A DNA stretch of 64,000 nt from a bacterium (GTDB lineage: Bacteria; Electryoneota; Electryoneia; Electryoneales; Electryoneaceae). Shown here one piece after another: positions 1 to 8,332 of this stretch. A model generated the notes under the pieces. That model was not told where the DNA came from and made no database searches. It saw nothing but the letters and a program-made list of their open reading frames with translations. The first letter of the stretch is position 1; each line of letters opens with the position of its first letter. The stretch spans positions 3,104,001 through 3,168,000 of the forward strand of contig CAXXKJ010000002.1 of the NCBI GenBank assembly GCA_963675295.2. Direction: 5' to 3'. A program made the position numbers and the translations under genes.

Positions 1-1427
1 ACCTCACCATTAGGACCCCATTCCGGGTCGTAATCGCTGTAACGGTCGTCAGTAAGCTTGGCGATGCTCTCCACATCGCCGACGTTGAACACATACAAGT
101 CCGTCTGTCCGTCCGCATACCCGGAGAACAGGATGCGGCTTCCATCCGGTGACCAGCTCGGGCTGAACAGTCCATCAAGGCCGAACTTGTACTCGCCGGT
201 GATTTCACCGTCGTCCACGTTCAACGTGTACAGCGCATCCTCGCCCCCGTCCTCCGCCACGAACGCGATCGACCGTCCATCCGGCGACCAGTCAATCCAC
301 GGCCGCAGCCACAACAGCTGCTCGAACAGGTACACCCCGCCGCCGCCGCTGACAACCTTTTCCTCGACTTCCCCGGTGACCGTGTTCACCAGGTACATGC
401 TCATGTAATCGTCTTTGTCGGAGAGCATGATCAGTCGGTCACCCTCCGGCGACAGGGCCGGCGACGTGTTGACGAAGTTGTACCACTCCTCGTGGTCGGT
501 GATCCGAACCGCGAAATCTTCCGGGGATTCGAAATGTGCTGCGGTCGGCCAGATCTGGCGTTTCAGGTGCTTGTGCCAGCGTTCGGACAGCTCTTCCAGG
601 TCGTACCCGAGCACGTCCTTGACCGCCGTGCCGAAATTCCTCCGGCTGCGAACCTTGCGCAGCAGTTCGCCGACCTTTTCCGGGCCGTACCGTTCCTCGA
701 GGAAATACAGCAGCGACTGGCCGCCCTTGTAAATGAAGTAGCCCTGCAGGTAATCCAACGGCATCAGGTAATCATTGATGATCGCGTCGCGGATGTACAT
801 GTCCGCTTCGTTGCCCCAGCCGTAGCGGCTTTCATATTCGGCGATGCCTTCAATGAACCACAGCGGCAACGGCAACCGGCTGATTCCGGTGAGGATGCTC
901 TGCACCCCTTCGCCGTAGAGCATGCGCAGCATCACGGCATGCGTCAGCTCGTGATGGATCACGTGCCGAAACATCGAGTTCGATCCCTGGAACGGAATCA
1001 CGACGCGGTTTTTGAGGAATTCGGTGAAACCACCGGTGGATTCGCTCGGCGTACCACCGCTGACATTGTTGTTCTGGAACGAGTTGTGGCTCGGAAAGAC
1101 GATGATCGAGATCCGGCCCTCGAGGGTATAATTCCACGAGTCCTCAATTGCGACCAGCGCCTCTTCCGCTTCCCAGCCGGTAAATTCGGCCGCTTCGTAA
1201 TACTCTTGCGGGTAGTAGATATCGAAGTGTTCGGTCTTCAGGTAGTACCACGTAAAGTCGCGGTAATTGACCTTGTTCTGGCCGAAGTACTGCGCGTTCG
1301 CAGCTGGTACCTGCAACAGCAATGCAAGCAGCAGGAGGCCGGCCAGCCAGCCGAAGGTGCGGAACCGGGAGTGCGCGGCACCAAAGGTCAGGGGGTCAGT
1401 GCGATGAAGAGAGCGTCTGCGCGTCAA
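1..1427 (-). CDS. Secreted peptidase-MA-like/PD40 (TolB-like) repeat protein, partial (runs off left edge)
   Basis: Not in ORF track; read by hand. Signal peptide, then QYFGQNKVNY..TEHFDIYY, GGFTEFLKNRVVIPF, HELTH (HExxH), and PD40-like SPSWSPDG/PEWGPNG repeats. TTG start is approximate. Confidence 0.75.
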   Translation of the reverse strand, partial: MTRRRSLHRTDPLTFGAAHSRFRTFGWLAGLLLLALLLQVPAANAQYFGQNKVNYRDFTWYYLKTEHFDIYYPQEYYEAAEFTGWEAEEALVAIEDSWNYTLEGRISIIVFPSHNSFQNNNVSGGTPSESTGGFTEFLKNRVVIPFQGSNSMFRHVIHHELTHAVMLRMLYGEGVQSILTGISRLPLPLWFIEGIAEYESRYGWGNEADMYIRDAIINDYLMPLDYLQGYFIYKGGQSLLYFLEERYGPEKVGELLRKVRSRRNFGTAVKDVLGYDLEELSERWHKHLKRQIWPTAAHFESPEDFAVRITDHEEWYNFVNTSPALSPEGDRLIMLSDKDDYMSMYLVNTVTGEVEEKVVSGGGGVYLFEQLLWLRPWIDWSPDGRSIAFVAEDGGEDALYTLNVDDGEITGEYKFGLDGLFSPSWSPDGSRILFSGYADGQTDLYVFNVGDVESIAKLTDDRYSDYDPEWGPNGE

Positions 1428-1612
1428 CGGGGGACGCAGCTTTGGCGCGAGCATAAAGCAACTCGTGTCGGTAGATGTAGAACCCATTGCAGATCGTATA
1501 CTCGCTGGTGAGCGTTGAAGATCCAACCCCGTAAGGTAGGGGCTGGAGTTCGTGGAAAACAGCCCACGTTGAACAATGCGGGCGGCCTTTGTGATTGCTG
1601 CGAGATCTCCGT

Positions 1613-3322
1613 TCACTGTCCGCCGCTCCGGTCCTGACGCCACGACTCCGCGACACGGAGCATCTCGTCCATCCGGTGCCGCACGGTGTGCCCCGCGAGC
1701 ACAGTATTGCGCATCTGTTCCCCGATCTCCGCTCGCCGTCTCGGGTTCGCAATCAGCTCACTGACTTTCAGCTGCAACTCGGCAGCGGACTTGAACGAGA
1801 TCCGTTCCGCCAGCTGTTCACCGAATAAGTCCGGCAATACAGCGAGATCATCGTTGAGCACCGCCCGTCCGCAAGCTCCAACGTCAAACGGCCGCTGGTT
1901 CGGATGCGTCTGCATCTGCAGGTTGGTCAACGAGATGTGCACGGCGTCGGTTCGATACAGTTTCGGCAGATCCGTGTAGAAATCCAACGGCGGACGCAGC
2001 TCGATGCGTTCGTCCAGCAGTCCCTCCCACCCGGTGCCGAAGACGGTCAGTTGATTGGACGCCAGAGAGTTCAACAGGTTTACCCGGTAGGCCAGGTTCG
2101 CCTGCTGCACCGCATACGCCGGGAGCCGCCGCCGGGCTTCGAGATCCAGCTTCTTCTCAGGGTCGAGTGTGGTGAGGAGATCGTCCACGCGGTCATGCGT
2201 TGGCGGTTTCCGTGTCCGCAGGATTTCCGTTTCGAGCGCCCGCGCCGCCTTGCCCGCGATCTCGGACTGGTCCAGCGCGGCAAAGAAGCCGAAGGTACTT
2301 GCGAACCGCGGACTGCCGACAAACACCGCACGCCCCGTCAGTTCGTCGAAACCGTCGCCCGGGTGGAACAGGGTCTCATCCGTCGCGAGTGGTAACGGGT
2401 GCGCATTGTTGAAGCCCGCGCCCCGCCATCCGTCGATTCCGTTCCGGTCCCAGCAGAAACCGATCCGTTGCCGGCCCGCGCCGTGGATCTCGTCCGGATG
2501 CAGCAGGAAGCGCGGATCATCCAGCAGCCACGTCGCCCATGCGACCCCCGCCTGCTCACACGCCTCCGGCAGCAGGCCGATTTCGTCCGCACCGCGGTTG
2601 TTCGTGGACAGCACCAGATCTGGCGTGTGAGTGTCGAGCAACTCCAGCGCGTTTACGGCGGTGAGTCCCGTCAGCACGGTCTGCTGAATGTGCGTTACAT
2701 GGATCGAGCGGCGCTGCAACTCGCTCAGCAACTCGCGTTCATACAGCCCGCCGCTGCCGACGAATACCACCCGGCGGATGGCGAGGTCGGTCGCCTCGAC
2801 AGGGGCGTTGGCCTGATAGCGAGCGATATACACATCCAGCGCGCCGTAAAAGCCGGGGAACGCTTTCGTCTCACGTGGGTGCCGCACGATGATCGCGTCC
2901 GGATGCTGCTCGAGGAACGGTTGCACGTGGTCCCACCACACCCGTGCCGGGTCGTCGTCTGCGACCAGGGTTAAATCTTCGGACGCTTCCGCGAACCGCC
3001 GGTTGATGCGTTTCACGTTTGCGTCCAGCAACGCTCGCGAGCGAATCACCGCCAGCGCCGGCGTGTACTCCTCTTCAAGCGCGGTCCGGGTGAAATAGCC
3101 GCTGCCGGATCCCAGCAGCAGCAACGGCTTACCGGGTTCGCAACCAGTCTTGAGCAGGGTGCGTGTCGCTTCGCCGCGGGGCTCGTACGGCGAGTCAATC
3201 GCCTTGAGACCGGTCGGAGTTTCGAGGCTGTAGGCCGTCCACAATCCACCACGGGCGAGTTCCTCGCTCACCTGTTCGACCAATGATTCCGGCAGGTTGT
3301 CGATCACGTGCAGGGTCTTCAT
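1613..3322 (-). CDS. CgeB/DUF3880-type glycosyltransferase (Glyco_trans_1_2) with Maf-like N-terminus
   Basis: WLLDDP, HPLPLATD, VFVGS, NQRPFDVGACG and a terminal VLAGHTVRHR motif; N-terminal LLLGSGSGY. Confidence 0.75.
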   Translation of the reverse strand: MKTLHVIDNLPESLVEQVSEELARGGLWTAYSLETPTGLKAIDSPYEPRGEATRTLLKTGCEPGKPLLLLGSGSGYFTRTALEEEYTPALAVIRSRALLDANVKRINRRFAEASEDLTLVADDDPARVWWDHVQPFLEQHPDAIIVRHPRETKAFPGFYGALDVYIARYQANAPVEATDLAIRRVVFVGSGGLYERELLSELQRRSIHVTHIQQTVLTGLTAVNALELLDTHTPDLVLSTNNRGADEIGLLPEACEQAGVAWATWLLDDPRFLLHPDEIHGAGRQRIGFCWDRNGIDGWRGAGFNNAHPLPLATDETLFHPGDGFDELTGRAVFVGSPRFASTFGFFAALDQSEIAGKAARALETEILRTRKPPTHDRVDDLLTTLDPEKKLDLEARRRLPAYAVQQANLAYRVNLLNSLASNQLTVFGTGWEGLLDERIELRPPLDFYTDLPKLYRTDAVHISLTNLQMQTHPNQRPFDVGACGRAVLNDDLAVLPDLFGEQLAERISFKSAAELQLKVSELIANPRRRAEIGEQMRNTVLAGHTVRHRMDEMLRVAESWRQDRSGGQ

Positions 3323-4113
3323 GCGGCCATTCCGGGCAGGGGTTCATCGGGGACGGACATCGTGTCGCGGTCGTGATGTTTTTCCAGGAACCACTCCATG
3401 TCGGTCTGCCACTTGGCGTCTGATGCGGACGCGCCGCCGGAATCGTGCAGCACCAATAGCGGCAGGGTCCAGTTTTTCAACCCGGAATGGTGCGCACTCA
3501 GGCAGAAATCCATGTCGTAGAAGTGGAAATGGTCGGGATCACCGCTGCGTGGCGGTTGATCGAGCACGGTCCCGGCGCGTGCTGCCATTAGCAGGCCGTC
3601 GACCACCAGTACCCTTGACCAGCCGCCGTATGCGTTGACGCGCAGTCCTTCCGTACGGCGATGCAGTACCATGCCGCTCAGCTTCTCATGCTGCCACCAG
3701 CCACGGCCGGGCGTCATCTCGCAACTACCCGCGACTCCGGCGAAACCGAAATCCGGCTGACCGGCCAGCTTACGCAGGATCACCCACCACGCCGGCCCGT
3801 TTGGCGTCGGTTCAATCCAGGTTTTTAGCGGCGCCTGCAGTTGAGGTGGCAGGTTGCTGATTGTCTCGAGGGTTGCGGGAACGATGTCCTGATGTACGAA
3901 CAGCATCAAGCTGTCACGGCTGGGCATCATACGCGCGGCATTGTGATACGCGACGCGGAGCGAGCTCACCTGTCCCAGCCGCATCGGGTGGACGGTCACG
4001 TGCGGCTCAAGCGCGTCACGGAAGCCGGCTTCCATGCGATCCAGCCGTGCGGAGTCGTCTCCGGTGCTGACCAGGTACAGGGTATCGGGATGTTGCGGAG
4101 TTGACGTGTTCAC
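3319..4113 (-). CDS. Glycosyltransferase-like family 2 protein
   Basis: LFVHQD, AGVAG, VVDGLLMA and FHFYDMDFCL motifs; 4-bp overlap with the downstream GT. Confidence 0.7.
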   Translation of the reverse strand: MNTSTPQHPDTLYLVSTGDDSARLDRMEAGFRDALEPHVTVHPMRLGQVSSLRVAYHNAARMMPSRDSLMLFVHQDIVPATLETISNLPPQLQAPLKTWIEPTPNGPAWWVILRKLAGQPDFGFAGVAGSCEMTPGRGWWQHEKLSGMVLHRRTEGLRVNAYGGWSRVLVVDGLLMAARAGTVLDQPPRSGDPDHFHFYDMDFCLSAHHSGLKNWTLPLLVLHDSGGASASDAKWQTDMEWFLEKHHDRDTMSVPDEPLPGMAA

Positions 4114-4191
4114 GCCGGAAAGTACAATCCCGCACGCAGCATCGCCTCGTCAACACCCGGTGCAGATGGATTCAGGAGAACGCCGGAGCGC

Positions 4192-4641
4192 TCAATGATG
4201 GTGCTGGCCGCCCTTGCACAGCGAACCGCGCGGGTCTGCGACAAACTCGCCCTTGCGGTACTTCTCGACGATCGCCTCTACCGTGCGTTCGCGAGTGTAC
4301 ATCACGTCGATACCAGCGGTGCAGAAATCCTGTTGCAGACGGGGACCCATCCCCAGCGCAATGACCACGTCGACCCCGCGCAGGTTGTCGATCATTGTGG
4401 TGTGGCTGTGGTGGTGGCCGTTGCCCTGCCCCTGGCCCTGGCCGAAGCCCTGTCCGAGCGGCTGGTTGGCGCCTTGCCCCTGGCCCTGGGCGTGCTGGTG
4501 GTGATGATGCGGGCTGTCATGTTTAACGAAGCGGGGTTCTGAAACTTGCGAATCGTTGACCTCGAAGACGAGGAAGCCGGCCGCACGTCCGGTGTGCGGG
4601 ATCAACTGATGGTTCTCATCGACGGGTATCGCGATGGTCAT
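4192..4641 (-). CDS. NifB/NifX-family (dinitrogenase FeMo-cofactor-like) protein with His/Gln-Gly-rich insert
   Basis: IAIP..HTGRAAGFLVFEV and DVVIALGMGPR motifs; His clusters; GGAGA RBS. Confidence 0.8.
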   Translation of the reverse strand: MTIAIPVDENHQLIPHTGRAAGFLVFEVNDSQVSEPRFVKHDSPHHHHQHAQGQGQGANQPLGQGFGQGQGQGNGHHHSHTTMIDNLRGVDVVIALGMGPRLQQDFCTAGIDVMYTRERTVEAIVEKYRKGEFVADPRGSLCKGGQHHH

Positions 4642-4813
4642 CTCACCATCTCCTTGCTGTTTGTTCTGGATCGTCCGATGCTCTCACCCATGCCAGAAGT
4701 TCGGAGTTCCGAATTTACCGGTCTGAAGAGAGAAACGGCACCGCAACGTAACCGTCATGGGAGCCCCCCAACCACCACGCGATTTGCGCCACGATGCCAT
4801 CTGCCTGTGTTTT

Positions 4814-4829
4814 AGCAATATCCGCACCA
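4814..4829 (-). promoter_or_regulatory. Putative sigma54 (-24/-12) promoter for the NifB/NifX-like gene
   Basis: Minus strand TGGTGCGGATATTGCT has the GG-N10-GC spacing and TTGC; it is divergent from a sigma54 activator. Confidence 0.6.
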
Positions 4830-5043
4830 GAATAGACGGGCGTCTCGAATGCCGGAGATCTCGTTAAATACCAGCCAACTAGCGGGACTCTTGCGAACTA
4901 GCGTTATTTGGTATTAGTGCCACTCTTGAAACAGTCCTCTGAAACAGTTGCAATTCTGCACCACACACACTACTTTCTTTTCAAATAACTTAGACCGAGT
5001 TTGCCGTACTGGCAGACTCCCGAACCAGATTTCGGATCCCCCC

Positions 5044-6432
5044 ATGAGCCAGTCTCATCGTACAACCTTGCCGCACCCGTCCGAAGCCGAGGTAGTGGAC
5101 GCTCTGCTCGCCAGCGTGGCCTGCGGTGTACTGATTCTCGATCACGAACTCAAGATCGTTCGCATCAATGACAGCGCCAGCGCGATCACCGGTATTTCGC
5201 TGGAAGATGCGCGAGGAATGCGTTGCTTTGAGATGCTCCGTCCGCAGGGCCGGTCGAAACGTTGCCTCGTCGATGATTGCCTGACGTTGAACAAGGCCCA
5301 TGACGAGCAAACGATGACCATCCTCGGCCGGGATGAGATAGAGTTGACGGTTCGTGTTGCCTGCCGGTTGATCCGTGATGTGGGGCGCAAGCTGCTCGGC
5401 GTGGTGGTTACGTTCGGCGACTTGTCAACGGTTCACGACCTGCGTCTCAGGATTGACCATCGCGCGTTGTTTCATGGCATGGTCTCGCAGGACCACAAGA
5501 TGCGGTCGATCTTCGAGGTGCTGCCGCGCATGGCGCAGAGCAACAGCACGGTGCTGATTCGTGGCGAAACTGGCACCGGCAAGGACCTGATCGCGCGCGC
5601 GATCCATGATCTCTCGGAACGATCGGGGAAACCGTTTGTCTCGGTCAATACGGCCGCCCTGCCGGATACGTTGCTCGAGGCGGAACTGTTCGGCCACACC
5701 AAGGGCGCGTTCACCGATGCCAAGGCCGACCGTGCCGGGCGTATCGCGGTGGCGGAAGGTGGTACGTTGTTCCTGGACGAAATCGGCGACATCAGCCCGA
5801 TGATGCAGGTCAAGCTGCTGCGGTTCCTGCAGGAACGGAAGTACGAACCATTGGGCTCGAGCCGCTCGCGGAAGGCGGACGTGCGAGTCATTGCGGCGAC
5901 CAACCGCAACCTTGAACAGATGATGACCACCGGGCAGTTCCGCGAGGATTTTTTCTACCGGCTGAACGTGCTCACCATTGACCTCCCGCCGTTGCGCGAA
6001 AGAGTCAACGACATCCCGTTGCTGGTCAGCCATTTCCTGCACGCGTTGGACTTGATCGAGGGTCACATCCCGCTGGAAGTCTCCACTGATGCGATGCAGG
6101 CGCTGGTAGCGTACGAGTATCCTGGCAACGTGCGCGAACTGGAGAATATCATCGAACGCTCGGCAATTCTGTCGCGTGATCGTATTCTAAACCTGCACGA
6201 TCTACCTGAACACATACGTACTAACGGCACCGGGATCATCGAAGCGATGGACGCGGATAAACCATCCAACGGTTCCCCAGCCAACGGACTGACGCCGATG
6301 GAGCAGGCGGAACGGGAAACGATTCGTTCGATGCTGCAGCACAATCACGGCAACAAACTGCGCACAGCGGAAGCGTTGTCGATTTCCCGCACGACCTTAT
6401 GGCGGAAGCTGAAGAAGTATTCGTTGTTGTAG
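5044..6432 (+). CDS. PAS-domain sigma54-dependent transcriptional activator (bEBP, Fis-type HTH)
   Basis: GETGTGKD Walker A, ELFGHTKGAFTDA, LFLDEIGD, PGNVRELEN, C-terminal ISRTTLWRKLKKY. Confidence 0.93.
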   Translation: MSQSHRTTLPHPSEAEVVDALLASVACGVLILDHELKIVRINDSASAITGISLEDARGMRCFEMLRPQGRSKRCLVDDCLTLNKAHDEQTMTILGRDEIELTVRVACRLIRDVGRKLLGVVVTFGDLSTVHDLRLRIDHRALFHGMVSQDHKMRSIFEVLPRMAQSNSTVLIRGETGTGKDLIARAIHDLSERSGKPFVSVNTAALPDTLLEAELFGHTKGAFTDAKADRAGRIAVAEGGTLFLDEIGDISPMMQVKLLRFLQERKYEPLGSSRSRKADVRVIAATNRNLEQMMTTGQFREDFFYRLNVLTIDLPPLRERVNDIPLLVSHFLHALDLIEGHIPLEVSTDAMQALVAYEYPGNVRELENIIERSAILSRDRILNLHDLPEHIRTNGTGIIEAMDADKPSNGSPANGLTPMEQAERETIRSMLQHNHGNKLRTAEALSISRTTLWRKLKKYSLL

Positions 6433-6552
6433 CCCTGAGCGCGCTGACTCGTGGAATCCCGCGGGCAGGCGTGGCATGAATCCCAGTATATTGCAGCTCA
6501 CGTTTGGTTGACCGGCATGAACGACCCGGAGGACGGTTTGAGCGGAGAGTGG

Positions 6553-7851
6553 ATGAGACCCCGAAACATGTCATCTCACAAGCATGTGGATCTTTGCTGG
6601 TGCCTAGCGGCGGCCTTCGGATTGGCACTGGTCACCCCCGGAATCAGTCGGGCGTTCTTCGAAGACCTGTACGTGAGCGGATTTGTCAGCCAGGGCTACT
6701 ACAAGACCTCCGAGTACGATTACGGAATCGACAACAGCCAGGATGGCACGGCCGAGTTCAACGAAGCCGCGCTTTCGGTGTATTCCCAGCCCACCGAAAA
6801 ACTGCACATCGGCGTGCAGCTATTGTCCCGCGATATGGGCGATATCGGCAACAACAGCGTCCGTCTCGACTGGGCCTATGGCGATTACCGTTGGCGGGAC
6901 TGGTTGGGTGTACGTGCTGGCAAGGTGAAGCTGCAGATGGGGTTGTACAGCATCGGCTGGGATGTTGACATGTTACGCACCCCGATTTTCCTGCCGGGGA
7001 GTGTGTATTCGGAATCGTGGCGTGATTTCACCCTTGCACATGAGGGCATCAGCTTCTACGGAAACTCGGGTGCGGGGTCGTGGGGCGACCTTGATTACGA
7101 AGTGTTCGCCGGAGCATTAAACGTGCCCGACGTGTCCAACAGCTACTGGAAGAAGGCGTTCTCCAGCGATATCCAGTTTGAACTGGAATATGTCAACCCG
7201 ATCTTCGCTGATTCGCTCAGGTACGAGTTCATCCGTGCCGAGGAATTGTCGATCAACTTCCCCTGGATCATGGGTGGAGCGCTGGTCTGGAACACACCGC
7301 TAAATGGCCTGCGTTTCGCGTCCATGGTCAATGTCGGTGAATATGACATGACCTTCCACTCTCTGATCTACCAGGACACCATTGATCCAGATACCGGCGA
7401 GCTGCAGGATCGCTCGATGATCGATTTGCGTGCCGCCTGGAAAGACCGGTACTACATGAACGTCTTTTCGATGGAATACGCCTGGAAGCAATTCATCGCC
7501 TCCGCGGAACTGTTGAACTTCAAGGACACCGGCGGCGTCAGCCAGGGCTGGTATGCGATGCTGACCTGGGAGCCGGCGTCATTGTATTCGTTCAGCACGT
7601 ACGTCTCGGAACACGTGCAGGACATCGATGATCGTGAAGGCAAGCGTTATGTCGAGCTTGGTTTGCCCGACTACGCCGGCTGGCAGCGGGAGGTAGCCCT
7701 GTCCGGCAGGCTGAATCTGACCCAGAACTGGCTGATCAAGGCAGAGGTTCATGGGTATGACGGTGTCGGCCAGGTACTGTACCGGGATATTGGCGACGAG
7801 ACCAATCGGTACTGGACAATGTTCGCGCTGAAGACAACGTTCCACTTCTAA
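6553..7851 (+). CDS. Outer-membrane porin-like beta-barrel protein
   Basis: Signal peptide, SGFVSQGY, LDWAYGDY..RAGKVK, terminal aromatic ..TTFHF; start approximate. Confidence 0.7.
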   Translation: MRPRNMSSHKHVDLCWCLAAAFGLALVTPGISRAFFEDLYVSGFVSQGYYKTSEYDYGIDNSQDGTAEFNEAALSVYSQPTEKLHIGVQLLSRDMGDIGNNSVRLDWAYGDYRWRDWLGVRAGKVKLQMGLYSIGWDVDMLRTPIFLPGSVYSESWRDFTLAHEGISFYGNSGAGSWGDLDYEVFAGALNVPDVSNSYWKKAFSSDIQFELEYVNPIFADSLRYEFIRAEELSINFPWIMGGALVWNTPLNGLRFASMVNVGEYDMTFHSLIYQDTIDPDTGELQDRSMIDLRAAWKDRYYMNVFSMEYAWKQFIASAELLNFKDTGGVSQGWYAMLTWEPASLYSFSTYVSEHVQDIDDREGKRYVELGLPDYAGWQREVALSGRLNLTQNWLIKAEVHGYDGVGQVLYRDIGDETNRYWTMFALKTTFHF

Positions 7852-7863
7852 CCGGAGGATGAG

Positions 7864-8292
7864 ATGAAGCTATCACGGCTCAGCGTCCTCCTGGTGTTGG
7901 CGCTGTTGTTGATGATTGTGGGTGTGTCGCAGGCATCCGGCGTGATCGTGATCGCGAATCCGGACGTGGCCGACTCGTCGCTGGACAAGGACTTGCTCAC
8001 CCGGATCTACCAGGGCAAGGTGTCCCGTTGGCACAATGACAGCAAGGTCGTGCCGGTGATGTTGAGGGATGGCCCGACACACGAGGCTTTTGCGACAGAC
8101 TACCTGGGAACAACTCCGTCCCGCTTTCGTACGTATTGGAAACAGGCAGTCTTCAGCGGACGAGGGATCCCACCGAAATCGTTTGACAGCGAGTTGGAAC
8201 TTGTCAAATACGTCGCGTCCACACCCGGCGCGATTGGTTATGTGTCCCCGCTGACACCGTTAACGGGCGTCAAGAAGTTGGCGATCCGTTGA
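7864..8292 (+). CDS. Small periplasmic PBP-like (phosphate ABC substrate-binding-like) protein
   Basis: Signal peptide; VIVIANP, YWKQAVFSGRGIPP, YVASTPGAIGYV; GGAGGA RBS. Confidence 0.78.
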   Translation: MKLSRLSVLLVLALLLMIVGVSQASGVIVIANPDVADSSLDKDLLTRIYQGKVSRWHNDSKVVPVMLRDGPTHEAFATDYLGTTPSRFRTYWKQAVFSGRGIPPKSFDSELELVKYVASTPGAIGYVSPLTPLTGVKKLAIR

Positions 8293-8332
8293 AGCGGTCG
8301 CGGCGGACCGGCACATCCAGTTCGGGATCTCG

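Noticed and set aside
4192-4641. Evidence for nitrogen fixation
   Set aside because: NifB/NifX-like domains are common in non-diazotrophs; no nifHDK here.
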